Shown here piece after piece: positions 43,176 to 55,380 of a stretch of 64,000 nt of DNA. A program made the translations under genes and the position numbers. The notes beneath the pieces are model-generated. The model did no database searches and was not told the origin of the DNA. It saw only the letters and a program-made list of their open reading frames with translations. Position 1 is the stretch's first letter; the number at the start of each line of letters is the position of its first letter. The stretch lies in IMG/VR virus record IMGVR_UViG_3300027759_000002, positions 1 through 64,000 of that record; one strand, written 5' to 3'. Source of the stretch: a virus.

Positions 43176-46100
43176 ATGGCTTTAAATTTTAACGTTGATC
43201 CATATTATGACGATTTCGATGGAACAAAAAACTTCCATCGCATATTGTTTAAACCCGGTGTTGCTGTACAAGCAAGAGAATTAACACAAGCACAAACAAT
43301 ATTACAAAATCAAATCACCAGTTTTGCGGACAACATTTTTAAACAAAATTCTCCTGTTACAGGTGGCCAGGTTACAACCAATTTTGATGTACAATATATT
43401 AAAGTTCAGTCCACATATCAAAGTATCACAATTGATATTGAACAGTTTCAAGACAAACTAATTAGAAATGCAACAGGCACAGTTGTTGCAAGAGTATTAA
43501 CGACAGCAGTTGCAACAGGTACCGCAGGTGAAGGTGACCCAATAACGTTAGTTGTATCATACAAAACAGGTACACATTTTGCCGATAATGATATAATCTA
43601 TGATGCAGATTCAAACCTAACGTGTCAGGCCATGCCTAGTGGTGCAGTTGGTGCATCATCAATTGCATCTGTTTCGCAAGGTGTTTTCTATGTACTAGGT
43701 AACTTTGTGCAAGTTGTTCCACAAACCGTTATTCTCGACAAGTATGGTAACACTCCATCAAAACGTGTTGGTTTGGAAATTACCGAAACAATTTATGATT
43801 ATGCAAATGATAATTCATTATTGGATCCAGCAGTTGGTGCATCCAACTATCAGGCTCCAGGTGCAGACCGATATGTAATCAATTTACAATTATCATCTAG
43901 ACCATTATATTTTGGTGATGACTCATTGTTCATTGAGTTGGTTCGTATCGAAGATGGCAGTGTATATAAAATGGTTGATGGTTCTGTTTATGCGACCATT
44001 GATGATTATTTTGCAAAACGTGATTACGAAACCAATGGTGATTATATCATCAATGATTTTAAACTTACACCAAAAACATACGAAGATGATTCATCCAAAT
44101 ATACTTTAAATGTTGGTAAAGGTTTGGCTTATGTACATGGATATCGTGTTGAGAATCCATCACCAATCAATATCATTTCCAACCGTGCAAGAACAATCGC
44201 TTCACAAAATAATGAACCATCTTTCATAGACTATGGTAGTTATTTCTTGGTTAGTAATGTTGCTGGTTCAGGTACAACTACCTTTCCAGTTACAACCGCA
44301 AACACAGTAGACTTCCATTGTGTTGCAAATACCAGTATCAATACCGCAAATGCAACAACTTACAATTCAACATTGGTTGCAACAGCATACATCCGTGGCC
44401 TACAATTTCAAAGTAGTCCGTCCAATAGTGATGCAAGCACATATGTTTATAAAGCACATGTGTATGATATTGTTAATAAATCTATTTCATCAAATGTAAT
44501 TTCAGCAAATGCAACATCAATAATTTTACCAAATGTAAATGGTAAATCCTCTAGTGTCGATGGTGCTTATGTTGGTGTTGATGTTACAATCACCAAAGGT
44601 ACAAATGCTGGTGAAACTAGGACAATCTCCAACTATAACGGCACAACACGAGCTGCAACAGTAAGTCAATCGTGGAGTGTTACACCGGATAGTTCTTCAG
44701 TTTATGTTTTGAATTTTGATACACCAGATGTTGAGTCTATGGTGTTTACGAACAGTGATGGTACATATCCAAAAACAATATATTCAAGTGCTAAAATTGA
44801 TAACACAGGTAAGATAGGAAATTTAGCCACAGGTGATGCCGAGTTCCTGAATCCAAATATACCTGAAATGATTTACCCGATAGGTAACCCATATGTTTCA
44901 GGTATTGCTTCACCATCATACACAACCTACCAAGAATTAAAAGGTGTGGCATTTAACGTATCTGGTAGTACACTATCGGCTCAGTTATCATTTACTGGAA
45001 GTTATGCGGGTGTACTTAAACATCTAGGTAACGAAGGTACAACCTTATCTGGTGATGTTGTTGAACAATGCTATACTATACTTGTTACAGATAAACAATC
45101 CAACAGTACTATATCAAACGGCCAAGTAATACCTTGGACTATTAATGGTAGAAGTGTTACATTAAATGGCGATGGTTCTGTTGCCAACTTTGCAACATTA
45201 ACTTCAGATTTGACAGCATTTACTGCAACAATTATTGCAAAAATATTTGTTGTTGATGGAACAAATACAAGCCATGTGTTAAGAATTAAAAATCTAGTTA
45301 CAGGAAACACAACCGCTGTATCCAGTAACACATCAGGATATGTTACACAGGTAAATACAAACACATACGTTGACGATTCTGTAGATTCAAAAGGACATGT
45401 TTACATTAAATCAGCAGGAGTTCTTTCTTCAGGTCAACAATCATTATATTTGTCTGATGTTAAACGTGTATTAAAAATTATAGATACAAAGACAAGTATA
45501 TTGCCAACTGTGGCCATGTTAACAAATGCATCTTATGATGTGACAAACCGTTATACATTTGATAATGGCCAAAGAGATAGTTATTATGACCACGCATCTA
45601 TAAGTTTGAAACCAGGTGCAGACAAACCTGCTGGTAATATTCTTGTTATCTTAGATTACTATAAACATACTGGCGGTGATGGATATTTTAGTAAAATGTC
45701 CTACGTAGACAATTCCAGTTCACCAGAAGATTACAGAGAAATACCAGTATACATTAGTAAACATGGTTATTCTTATGCGTTAAGAGACTGTATAGATTTT
45801 AGGCCTGCAAGATTAAATGCACAAGTAAATTTTGTATATCGTTATTCAAATCCATCTTCAACAAGATTGGGTACATTACAACCTGCGGATTTAACAACCT
45901 TTATTTGTGATTACTCTTACTATCTTGGTCGTAAAGATAAATTGATTATCACTAAAGATAAATCGATTCAAATCATAGAAGGTTCACCTTCAATAAACCC
46001 TTTGATGCCTAATGAACCAGATGGTTCATTAATTTTGGCTAATATATCACACAAACCATATACAGGTTACGTACCAACAGAATTAACATCAGGTCTATCC

Positions 46101-49100
46101 GACTTGTCTGTTGAAGTACCACAACACCGCCGATATACAATGTCAGATATTGCTGGTTTAGATACTAGAATTAACCGTATCGAATACTATACTGCGATGA
46201 ATTCTTTAGAACAAAATGCAAATTCATTACAAATTTCTGACGCATATGGATTGAATAGATTTAAAAATGGTATTATGGTGGATGATTTTTCTAGCTTTGC
46301 AGCTGCAGATGCAGGCACAGCCGATTTCAAAGCATCCATCAATCGTAGAACAAAACAGATGACAGCTAAACAAACTGTTCAAAATTTCCCGTTAAAGAAC
46401 TTAGCTCTGGCCTATAACATGGGTAGACCAACCGCAAGTGCAATTTCAGCATTTAATTTTGGAAGAACATCTAGTGGTTATACAAACTATTTTTCTCTGC
46501 CTTACACAACAACAAATATTATTGCTCAAAAGTTGGCAAGTAGAACGGTCAACCTTAATCCTTTCTCCGTTACAAACGCAAAAGGATTAATTTCTTTATC
46601 ACCTAATGTAGACAATTGGGTAGATACCACATACTCACCATCACTTTTGATTGTTGATCCTAATCTACACATATGGCAAAGTTCAAACACAATCAACACA
46701 TTAGTTTCTGGTGATTGGCAGACCGTTTCAGGCACAACAACATTACTATCACAATCAACAAGCACAAATTCATTTGCAGTCAACCATGAAAATCATGGTA
46801 GATTTGATGGTCCTTATGGTAGAAACGTTGGTTACACAGAAAATATAACAGATACAACTGTTACATCAACATACCAAACTACACAGAATCAATCTCAAAA
46901 CAATTTAATGGGTGCATATAGTCAAGTAGACAATACATATTCATTAAACAATGGTTACATCAACGACATTAGTATTCTTCCTTGGATAAGACCACAAGAA
47001 ATTGTAGTTGCATCCACTGGTTTGTTATACAAAACTGAAGTACATAGTTTCTTTGATACAATTTTAGTTGACAATTATTTGAGAAAAGGAAACACAATTG
47101 AATTAACAAATGTGGTAGGTACATTTAATTCAGGTGATATTGTGGGTTACTATACATCAGGAACATTTGTACCAACAGGTATTATTATCGGCACATATGA
47201 TTATCCAGGTTCTAATAATATGAGATTGTATGTAGCCGCTGATGGTAAGACAACAACATACCATAATGGAAATGCATTACAAAATGCTTTCTTTAATGCA
47301 GAAGGTGTTTATCAAACTAGTACAGCACAAGGAACATTCAGTAGTCAAACACACAACGGTGGATTAATACAAACTGTTAGTAGTACAACAACACTTACCT
47401 TGTCAACTTTAGCTTCATCAACCAGTACAGATTATATTGGTAGTACATTATACATAACTGCTGGATCAGGTCAAGGCCAATCAGCAATAGTTACAGGATA
47501 CAATGGCACAACGAAAGTTATAACTTTAACTACAGCAATTTCATGTTCAGTAAATGATGTATATTCTATTGGAAAATTACAAACAAATGAGGAAGGTAGT
47601 GTTTTTGGTATATTTACTGTACCTGGAAATACATTTCACAGCGGTTCAAGGGTGTTTCGTATAGACAATCGTTTCAATGGAAATGAAGAAACAGTAACAA
47701 CGTTTGCAGAAGGCACATTCTATGCGTCTGGCCTACAAACTAACAAACAAAACATAGACTTTGGTGCATCACCTTCTGGTGCAAAAGATGTATTCACACA
47801 AGTTAATAAACGAGATTTGGTTTTACCAGCATTCACCAAGAATAATACTTCTCGCAGTGTGTGGTATTCACCTTATGATCCTGTGGCTCAAACATTTATT
47901 ATTGATGGAGATAATTTTGCCAATGGTGCATACATTTCTTCAGTTAAGGTTTTCTTTAAAACTAAACCAACAAGTGATGCAGCACCAGTAACATTGTCTA
48001 TTGTTGGAACATTAAATGGTTATCCAAATGGCTCTACACTAGACAATTCTATTATTACTTTACCTGCATATAAAATTAATGTGTCAGAATCTCCACAATA
48101 CTTGGATGAAACCACATACACAGAATTCGTCTTTGATTCACCTGTGTATATCCAATCGGGTAGTTTGTACGCAATGATTTTGAAATCATCTTCAAATGAA
48201 TATACTTTATATACCGCTGCGAATGGTGATACAGCACTACCTTCATCGGTGAAGAATCTTGCAACTGATCCATATCCAAGTTCAATTACAAAAATCAACA
48301 GTGCTCCATATGTTGGTGCATTGTTCATCTCTCAAAATGCTCAGACATGGACAGCGGATCAAAACCAAAGTTTAATGTTTACAGTTGAACGTGCCAAGTT
48401 TGACACAACAAAGACACCATCAATCAGAATGATTGTGCCTAAAAAATTACCACAAAGAGGATTGATAGAAAATAACATTGATTATTTTACAAATGCAAAT
48501 ACAATGGTAAACAATGTTGTTCTAACCACGAATGATGATGTGTTAGTTGATGCGTTTAACTTGTCTACAACAGATTTTATTCCGCCTTCAACAACAATTA
48601 CATACACATATGCAGCCACATTACAGAGTGGCACAGAAACACCTGAGGTTAATATTAATCCAGGTAAATATGGTACAACAATGTATGAACACATTTATTT
48701 GAATGACAATAAAGGTGAAAGAATACTTAAATCAAACTCCACAACATCATTCTCAATGTATGGTTATTTGGAGTCTACAGACGATGCGGTATCACCTATC
48801 ATTTCTGATGCAGGTACTTCTTTGTTTGCAATCCAATATGATATTAACAATTGTGAATTGTCTAACAGTTTAATTTCAATTACAAATGGTGGTAGTGGTT
48901 ATAATGCTTCATGTACCTCTGTTACAATTTCTTCACCGACTGGTAAGAATGGTGAACAAGCATATGCAACGGCCAATGTGGTTAGTGGAGTAATTGACCA
49001 CATTTATATTACATCACCTGGTTCTGGTTACATTGAGACACCAACTGTTACTATACTTGATGCAAACAATACACCTGGAACAGGCGCAACCGCAACAATT

Positions 49101-49556
49101 GCTGGTGAAACTTCTGTTAAAGGTGGTCCAGCAGAAACACGATACTTAACCAAAAAAGTTGTATTGGATGGTGGTTTTGATTCTGGCGACTTGAGTGTTT
49201 ACCTCTCTGCATATCGTCCAGTTGGTACCGATATCAATGTTTACTATAAAGTTTTAAGTAGAAATGATACACAAGCTTTTGATGATGGTTACTGGCAACT
49301 AATGACAAAAACAAATAGTTCTGATGGAACATATTCACAATCAAGAAGTGATGTACGTGAGTATACTTTTGCTCCAGGCAACTCAGGTAAAGACCAAGGT
49401 TTTATTTCTTATCTAAGTACCAATGGCCAAACATACTACACATTCAGTCAATTTGCAATCAAAATTGTGTTGACAACCACAGACAAAACTCTTGTTCCAT
49501 ATTTGTCTGATGTGAGAACTATTGCTTTACCTCCAAATACTAACACCACATTCTGA
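43176..49556 (+). CDS. very large virion structural protein (VrlC/DUF4815-like)
   Basis: 2126 aa; FNVDPYYDDF, RILFKPG..VQARELTQ.Q, APGADR, DYETNGDY and RFKNGIMVDDF. Confidence 0.85.
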   Translation: MALNFNVDPYYDDFDGTKNFHRILFKPGVAVQARELTQAQTILQNQITSFADNIFKQNSPVTGGQVTTNFDVQYIKVQSTYQSITIDIEQFQDKLIRNATGTVVARVLTTAVATGTAGEGDPITLVVSYKTGTHFADNDIIYDADSNLTCQAMPSGAVGASSIASVSQGVFYVLGNFVQVVPQTVILDKYGNTPSKRVGLEITETIYDYANDNSLLDPAVGASNYQAPGADRYVINLQLSSRPLYFGDDSLFIELVRIEDGSVYKMVDGSVYATIDDYFAKRDYETNGDYIINDFKLTPKTYEDDSSKYTLNVGKGLAYVHGYRVENPSPINIISNRARTIASQNNEPSFIDYGSYFLVSNVAGSGTTTFPVTTANTVDFHCVANTSINTANATTYNSTLVATAYIRGLQFQSSPSNSDASTYVYKAHVYDIVNKSISSNVISANATSIILPNVNGKSSSVDGAYVGVDVTITKGTNAGETRTISNYNGTTRAATVSQSWSVTPDSSSVYVLNFDTPDVESMVFTNSDGTYPKTIYSSAKIDNTGKIGNLATGDAEFLNPNIPEMIYPIGNPYVSGIASPSYTTYQELKGVAFNVSGSTLSAQLSFTGSYAGVLKHLGNEGTTLSGDVVEQCYTILVTDKQSNSTISNGQVIPWTINGRSVTLNGDGSVANFATLTSDLTAFTATIIAKIFVVDGTNTSHVLRIKNLVTGNTTAVSSNTSGYVTQVNTNTYVDDSVDSKGHVYIKSAGVLSSGQQSLYLSDVKRVLKIIDTKTSILPTVAMLTNASYDVTNRYTFDNGQRDSYYDHASISLKPGADKPAGNILVILDYYKHTGGDGYFSKMSYVDNSSSPEDYREIPVYISKHGYSYALRDCIDFRPARLNAQVNFVYRYSNPSSTRLGTLQPADLTTFICDYSYYLGRKDKLIITKDKSIQIIEGSPSINPLMPNEPDGSLILANISHKPYTGYVPTELTSGLSDLSVEVPQHRRYTMSDIAGLDTRINRIEYYTAMNSLEQNANSLQISDAYGLNRFKNGIMVDDFSSFAAADAGTADFKASINRRTKQMTAKQTVQNFPLKNLALAYNMGRPTASAISAFNFGRTSSGYTNYFSLPYTTTNIIAQKLASRTVNLNPFSVTNAKGLISLSPNVDNWVDTTYSPSLLIVDPNLHIWQSSNTINTLVSGDWQTVSGTTTLLSQSTSTNSFAVNHENHGRFDGPYGRNVGYTENITDTTVTSTYQTTQNQSQNNLMGAYSQVDNTYSLNNGYINDISILPWIRPQEIVVASTGLLYKTEVHSFFDTILVDNYLRKGNTIELTNVVGTFNSGDIVGYYTSGTFVPTGIIIGTYDYPGSNNMRLYVAADGKTTTYHNGNALQNAFFNAEGVYQTSTAQGTFSSQTHNGGLIQTVSSTTTLTLSTLASSTSTDYIGSTLYITAGSGQGQSAIVTGYNGTTKVITLTTAISCSVNDVYSIGKLQTNEEGSVFGIFTVPGNTFHSGSRVFRIDNRFNGNEETVTTFAEGTFYASGLQTNKQNIDFGASPSGAKDVFTQVNKRDLVLPAFTKNNTSRSVWYSPYDPVAQTFIIDGDNFANGAYISSVKVFFKTKPTSDAAPVTLSIVGTLNGYPNGSTLDNSIITLPAYKINVSESPQYLDETTYTEFVFDSPVYIQSGSLYAMILKSSSNEYTLYTAANGDTALPSSVKNLATDPYPSSITKINSAPYVGALFISQNAQTWTADQNQSLMFTVERAKFDTTKTPSIRMIVPKKLPQRGLIENNIDYFTNANTMVNNVVLTTNDDVLVDAFNLSTTDFIPPSTTITYTYAATLQSGTETPEVNINPGKYGTTMYEHIYLNDNKGERILKSNSTTSFSMYGYLESTDDAVSPIISDAGTSLFAIQYDINNCELSNSLISITNGGSGYNASCTSVTISSPTGKNGEQAYATANVVSGVIDHIYITSPGSGYIETPTVTILDANNTPGTGATATIAGETSVKGGPAETRYLTKKVVLDGGFDSGDLSVYLSAYRPVGTDINVYYKVLSRNDTQAFDDGYWQLMTKTNSSDGTYSQSRSDVREYTFAPGNSGKDQGFISYLSTNGQTYYTFSQFAIKIVLTTTDKTLVPYLSDVRTIALPPNTNTTF

Positions 49557-49558
49557 TT

Positions 49559-49780
49559 ATGAACTTACTGAGAGTAAAAGGCACCAAATTAGTGAGAGAT
49601 CCTAGGAGTGGCGCCATTATCAACCAAGATAAAACAGGACTAGATGACTATCTAGCTAGACGCCGTGGTATGGAGTCTCAAAAAGAAGAAATAAATAAAG
49701 TAAAGTCTGATATCACAGAAATGAAACAAGACATGACAGAAATTAAAAGTTTGTTACTAAAACTATTAGAAAAAGGTTAA
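49559..49780 (+). CDS. small coiled-coil protein following the VrlC-like gene
   Basis: LVRDPRSGAIIN...EINKVKSDI..IKSLL. Confidence 0.8.
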   Translation: MNLLRVKGTKLVRDPRSGAIINQDKTGLDDYLARRRGMESQKEEINKVKSDITEMKQDMTEIKSLLLKLLEKG

Positions 49781-49781
49781 A

Positions 49782-52700
49782 ATGGCTAATACAGTTACCA
49801 CATTAAGTTATGCCAATACATTCGGACATTGGTTGACTGCAACCAGTGCATTGATTGCTGAGAATAATGTATTGGCCAAAGATAATTATGTAAAAGATTC
49901 GGGTACAATTTATCTTTCCGAAGGAACACTAAACGCATTACAGTCAAATGGTAATGTTATTATACAAAAAGTTTTGAGTGTACAAGGTGTTGGTTCTTCT
50001 GCAACAATACAGAATGATTTGACTGTACAACGCCAAGGACTATTTACAAATACTGAATTGAGTTTATCTACATCAGGCAGTGCAAACATTGCAAACGTAT
50101 TGAATGTGTTGGGTTCAGGTTTTGGTTTAAAAGTGGCCAACAATGCCAGAGTTGCTGGTGATTTGTATGTTGGTGGAAACTTAGATTTAAATATTCTAGA
50201 AGCTCGTCAAAAAGTTAACACATCCACACTCTCTGTAACTGGTACAACATACACCAGTAAATTACAATCAAACAATCAAATTGTTACTGATGTTATCAGT
50301 GCAAACAGTAGTATATACACCAGCCGTTTACAAGCAAATACTTCCATAACAACAACAGAAATTCAGGCCAATACGATTGTTAATGCGGCATCATTCTCCG
50401 CAACAACCGGTATCTATGGTAATTTATTACAAGCAAATTCATCCGTTAATACAGCAAATGCATCTATTGTACATACACTATATGCAAATAGAGTGCAGGC
50501 AAATTCATCCGTTAATACAGCAAATGCATCAATAACAGGTACAGTTTATACAAAGAACTTATTAGCCAATTCATTTATTAGTTCTTCAAATATAATTGCA
50601 TCTAATGTAATAACCACCAATACATTGTCTGCAAATATTGCAATCTATACAGTTGACCAGTATAGTACAAATACCGCATACGCAAATTTATTTTATGCAA
50701 ACACAGTTTATTTACAAAATAATATTGTAACTGTTGGAAATACAAACTCAACTTCGTTTTTTGCATCTGCAAATATAACCACACCAACTTTACATTCAAT
50801 AAATTCTTTTGGTGATTATCTTACAGCAAACTTACATATCTACACACCTTCAATAGACGTTGAGGGCACCACATTAACTCAGTTTTTGCAAGCAAATTCG
50901 TCAATGAATACATCCAACTCAAGTGTTGTTAACACCAGTTGGACAAAAAATTTAATTGCGAACACATTAATTACCACTGCAGCTATAGCTGTAACAGGTA
51001 AAACTCATACCAATACTTTACAAGCCAATACATCAGCCAATACAGAAACTTTATCTGTGACTCAGCGTGCATTGATTGACCAAGTACAGGCAAATACATC
51101 CGTTAACACGCAAATTTTAAGTGTATCAACAACAGCATTTGCAAATAGATTAGAAGCAAATAGTATTGTATATACACCATTATTAAATGTAACAGGTAAT
51201 ACATTTACAAATAGATTACAATCAAACATTTCTGTAAACACTGCAACAATGAGTGTGACACAAAAAATTGATGCTAATAACGCATCAGTGTTTGTTAATA
51301 ATTTACAAACTGTAGGACAACTATCGGTTGGTGGTAATTTTGTTATTAATGGCACAACAATATACAACTCAAATGTATTTACCTTGAACGCAGGATCAAA
51401 TGAAGGATTAATTAGTTCAATTGATATTAATAGAGGTGTTACTGGTGCAAATGCAAGTCTTCGTTGGAACGAAACAAATAAAAACTTTGATATATTAAAT
51501 GTAACTAACGGCAATTATTATAGAATAATAACGGATCAATATGTTAGTGATGCATTAGACCAAACAGCCGCACAGGCCGCTTCTTCCACAGCAGCCAATA
51601 CGTTGAATACTAAAATTACAACTGCAAATACATTCTTACAAGGTCGAATTGATTCATCAGATAAGTTTGCAAACGCAGCATTTGTAAGAGCCAATTCATC
51701 TTACACTTCACAAAATACAACTGCATCTTTTGCTAATGCTGCGTTCAGACATGCAAATGCTGCATATGAATCCGCAAACAATGTGGCACCTCAGGTTGCA
51801 CCAGCATTTGCACAGGCCAATGCAGCATTTGATAAAGCTAATACGACTGTTGCAACAATTAAAGGAACAACAGGTTTTGTTACTGCAAATGTTGCTGGTA
51901 TTACACTAAAGAGTAACAATGGTATTGTTATATTTGCCACAAATGATAATGGTACTGGCAACACATTGTCAATTAGCACATCACAAGACCTAACCACAAC
52001 AGGTTCACCAACCTTTGCTGCAATATCACTAACAACACCACTACAGGTTGGCCAAGGTGGTACAGGAACATCATCCTACGCATCATTATTTGGTTTGACT
52101 GTCACTGCTGCAGCAGGTTCAGGTGCCGCAGGAAAAGTTTTGGGTACAGATGGATCAGGTGGATATTCTTGGGTCACCGGTGGTACAGGTGGTGGAGGTG
52201 GTACACAACCAGGTTCTAGAATTTCATCATCACGTTTATCATATACTGGTGATAGCCTTACAACCAAATTTACTACACCAACATTTAGTGTTGGTACACA
52301 ACTGAGAACATACATTAACGGTGTGCGTCAATTAGAATCTGAATATAATGCATTCACTTCAAATTCAATTATACAGTTCACAAGCGCACCAGTAACAGGT
52401 GATAAAATATTGGTTGAGGTCGATGGTTATGCGGTGTATGAGTATTTTGCAAACAATATTGTTTACGGTCCTGTATCTGGTGATATGTCTGGTGCAACTA
52501 TTCAAGATGCGATTGACAACCTAGAAACTAGAAAGATGCCGAAGATTGGTGGTACATTTACAGGTCGTGTTGATGGCCTTACTATGCCAATTACTACATC
52601 AAACACACATTTTGCTACAACAGCATTCGTAAACAATCTTGCAAATGCTGGGTACACATTAACATCAAGTATTACAGGTAATGCAGGCACAGTAACAAAT

Positions 52701-54011
52701 GGATTGTATTCAAGTAGTTCTTATGCTAATCCATCTTGGATAACAAGTCTTGCAAATACAAAAATTACTGGTACTATTGCAGACAGTCAATTAATTGATG
52801 CTGGTCCAGATGCAAATGCATACACATATGGCGCCGCATCAAAAATTGCTCAAGTTAAAGTTGATGGCAAAGGTAGAGTTACTGCCGTATCGAACGTTAC
52901 TATTTCTATCACCAAATCTCAGGTGTCGGACTTCCCAACATTGGCAAACTCAGCAACGATTGATACTACAAGTGCTGGTAACATCGACAAAGGTACATTG
53001 CCTGACGCTCGATTACCATCAACAGCAGTGTCAGCTGGTTCATATGGTGGTGCCGCTAAAGTTGGAACCTTTACTGTTGATGCAAAAGGTAGACTGACAG
53101 CTGCAGGTGATTCACAAATTTCTATTACAAAATCACAGATATCGGATTTCCCAACTATTACCGATACAACCAACGCAAGCAATATTTCATCCGGAACATT
53201 GGCAGATGCAAGACTACCTACAGGTTTGGCAAAACTAGCCGGAGCAGCATTTACTGGTGAGACTACAGTATCGGGTACAGGTAAGGTTACATTGGCACTT
53301 TCGGGTGATATCACCGCATATAGAACTGGTGGTACAACTGGTGTTCTTTATTTAAATAGTGCCCAAAATAGATATCTTTTTAATGATGGTACGAAATATT
53401 ATTTAAATGGCCAAGGTTTGGTTGTTAATGGTGCAGATGTATTAAATACAAGTGATACTTTTGATATTACAGGAACACGCAATCATAAGTCTGGATCTCC
53501 TACAGGTACAGCTAGTCAAGCGGGTACGTTGGTTGTTTATGGTAATAATGGTAATATAGGTACAAACCACGCCACCATGTCGTTTCATAGACCAGGTTCA
53601 TTTGCGATTAATATGGGACTGGACAATGATAACGTCTTTAGAATTGGTGGATGGTCCGATGGTTTAAATACATATAGAATGACATTAGATACTGTTGGTA
53701 ATGCAGTGTTTAGAAACAACGTTACTGCTTACTCTGATGCAAGATTAAAAACAAATGTCGAAACAATTACAAATGCTTTAGACACTGTATCAAAAATGCG
53801 TGGTGTTACTTATGAAAGAATTGATTCTGGCACAAAAGGTGTTGGTGTTATTGCACAAGAAATGAAAGAAGTATTACCTGAAGTTGTTATGGAAGCCGCA
53901 AGTGATGATGAGTTTATGTCAGTATCTTATGGTAACATTGTTGGTGTTTTGATTGAAGCAATTAAAGAACTTAAAGCAGAAATTGAAGTATTAAAAGGAC
54001 AGATTAAATGA
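49782..54011 (+). CDS. tail fibre with C-terminal peptidase S74-type intramolecular chaperone
   Basis: Asn/Thr-rich beta repeats, VDxKGR fibre repeats, then YSDARLK...GVIAQE...V.YGNIVGVLIEAIKEL. Confidence 0.88.
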   Translation: MANTVTTLSYANTFGHWLTATSALIAENNVLAKDNYVKDSGTIYLSEGTLNALQSNGNVIIQKVLSVQGVGSSATIQNDLTVQRQGLFTNTELSLSTSGSANIANVLNVLGSGFGLKVANNARVAGDLYVGGNLDLNILEARQKVNTSTLSVTGTTYTSKLQSNNQIVTDVISANSSIYTSRLQANTSITTTEIQANTIVNAASFSATTGIYGNLLQANSSVNTANASIVHTLYANRVQANSSVNTANASITGTVYTKNLLANSFISSSNIIASNVITTNTLSANIAIYTVDQYSTNTAYANLFYANTVYLQNNIVTVGNTNSTSFFASANITTPTLHSINSFGDYLTANLHIYTPSIDVEGTTLTQFLQANSSMNTSNSSVVNTSWTKNLIANTLITTAAIAVTGKTHTNTLQANTSANTETLSVTQRALIDQVQANTSVNTQILSVSTTAFANRLEANSIVYTPLLNVTGNTFTNRLQSNISVNTATMSVTQKIDANNASVFVNNLQTVGQLSVGGNFVINGTTIYNSNVFTLNAGSNEGLISSIDINRGVTGANASLRWNETNKNFDILNVTNGNYYRIITDQYVSDALDQTAAQAASSTAANTLNTKITTANTFLQGRIDSSDKFANAAFVRANSSYTSQNTTASFANAAFRHANAAYESANNVAPQVAPAFAQANAAFDKANTTVATIKGTTGFVTANVAGITLKSNNGIVIFATNDNGTGNTLSISTSQDLTTTGSPTFAAISLTTPLQVGQGGTGTSSYASLFGLTVTAAAGSGAAGKVLGTDGSGGYSWVTGGTGGGGGTQPGSRISSSRLSYTGDSLTTKFTTPTFSVGTQLRTYINGVRQLESEYNAFTSNSIIQFTSAPVTGDKILVEVDGYAVYEYFANNIVYGPVSGDMSGATIQDAIDNLETRKMPKIGGTFTGRVDGLTMPITTSNTHFATTAFVNNLANAGYTLTSSITGNAGTVTNGLYSSSSYANPSWITSLANTKITGTIADSQLIDAGPDANAYTYGAASKIAQVKVDGKGRVTAVSNVTISITKSQVSDFPTLANSATIDTTSAGNIDKGTLPDARLPSTAVSAGSYGGAAKVGTFTVDAKGRLTAAGDSQISITKSQISDFPTITDTTNASNISSGTLADARLPTGLAKLAGAAFTGETTVSGTGKVTLALSGDITAYRTGGTTGVLYLNSAQNRYLFNDGTKYYLNGQGLVVNGADVLNTSDTFDITGTRNHKSGSPTGTASQAGTLVVYGNNGNIGTNHATMSFHRPGSFAINMGLDNDNVFRIGGWSDGLNTYRMTLDTVGNAVFRNNVTAYSDARLKTNVETITNALDTVSKMRGVTYERIDSGTKGVGVIAQEMKEVLPEVVMEAASDDEFMSVSYGNIVGVLIEAIKELKAEIEVLKGQIK

Positions 54012-55000
54012 CAACAAAGATAACGCCATCAGTACTGGCAAACACAGCAGTCACTGCTGGTACTTATGGTGATGCCACACAAATACCAACAATAGTTACT
54101 GATGCTCAAGGTAGAATTACATCAGCGTCACAACAGGCTGTTGCAATAACTACAAGTCAAGTAACATCTGGTACATTTGTTGATGCTAGATTCATTAATA
54201 CTGGCGTATCTGCAACAGGTTATGGTACAGCAAGTTCTGTTCCAAAATTTAACGTAGATGCAAAAGGCAGAATTACTAGTGTGGTTAACACTGCAATTCA
54301 AATTGCAACTTCACAGATTACTGGTTATCCAACCTTTGTTGCATCAGCAACCACGGATACTACAGTTGCTGATAACATTACATCAGGTACGTTACCTGCG
54401 GCCAGATTACCAACAACAGCAGTAACAATTGGTACATATGGTTCCTCAGCTGGTTCCGCATACTCAAGATTTGTAGTAGATTCTTATGGTAGAATTACAT
54501 CAGCAGCTAACGTTACAATATCAATATCATCTGCACAAGTTACTGGTTTGGCCACATCAGCAACAACAGACACAACAGATGCAGCTAATATAAACGCAGG
54601 TTTTTTACCATCAGCTAGACTAACTATAACAGGTGTAACGGCTGGTTCATATGGGTCACAATCTTTTGTGCCAAGATTCACCGTTGATAACAGAGGTAGA
54701 CTTACTTCAGCAAACAATATCGCAATTTTAATTAATGCATCAGCTGTTGCAGGTTTAGCTTCAGTGGCCACATCAGGTTCTTACTTTGATTTATCAGATA
54801 AACCTTCTATTCCTACCACAATAAATACATTAACCACTGGTTATCCGATTGGTTCAATTTACATGAACGGATTGAACAGTGCTAATCCGAATACATTGTT
54901 TGGTTTTGGTACCTGGGTAGCAGTTACCAACACAGCCTTTGGCACAGCCAATACAACACCAGACATTGATCCATTATATGTTTGGATGCGAACCGAATAA
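54008..55000 (+). CDS. tail fibre-associated protein
   Basis: Four xGxYG...VDxxGRxTS repeats; C-terminal YPIGSIYM...NPNTLFGFGTW (gp10 C-terminal-like). Confidence 0.75.
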   Translation: MTTKITPSVLANTAVTAGTYGDATQIPTIVTDAQGRITSASQQAVAITTSQVTSGTFVDARFINTGVSATGYGTASSVPKFNVDAKGRITSVVNTAIQIATSQITGYPTFVASATTDTTVADNITSGTLPAARLPTTAVTIGTYGSSAGSAYSRFVVDSYGRITSAANVTISISSAQVTGLATSATTDTTDAANINAGFLPSARLTITGVTAGSYGSQSFVPRFTVDNRGRLTSANNIAILINASAVAGLASVATSGSYFDLSDKPSIPTTINTLTTGYPIGSIYMNGLNSANPNTLFGFGTWVAVTNTAFGTANTTPDIDPLYVWMRTE

Positions 55001-55029
55001 CTGATAAATACCTCTAAAGGGGTTAAAAA

Positions 55030-55371
55030 ATGCCAGCAGGTTATCAAGAATTATTTTTAGAACAAGGTTCAAGCTTCAACACATCAGTAGCATTGGATGA
55101 GGCTGACGGTACACCTTTTCAATTAGTTAATTGCCAAATTAAAGCTGTGATGAAAAAATCTTATTATTCAAGTAACACAACAGCGCAATTTGTTATAACC
55201 ATCAATGATCCAACTGAAGGTATCATGGTTATGTCTTTACCATATGCAAACACAGCAAATATTTCTGCTGGTAGATATGTATATGATGTTGTTATAAAAG
55301 ATTCTTCTAACAATGTTACGAGAGTCTTAGAAGGAATTGTGAACGTGTTACCTCAAGTTACTGTATTTTAA
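55030..55371 (+). CDS. virion structural protein (Ig-like/BppU-like adaptor)
   Basis: LEQGSSF...GRYVYDV...RVLEG.V.V.P; preceded by GATAAATA (55003-55010). Confidence 0.7.
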   Translation: MPAGYQELFLEQGSSFNTSVALDEADGTPFQLVNCQIKAVMKKSYYSSNTTAQFVITINDPTEGIMVMSLPYANTANISAGRYVYDVVIKDSSNNVTRVLEGIVNVLPQVTVF

Positions 55372-55380
55372 AGGAACATC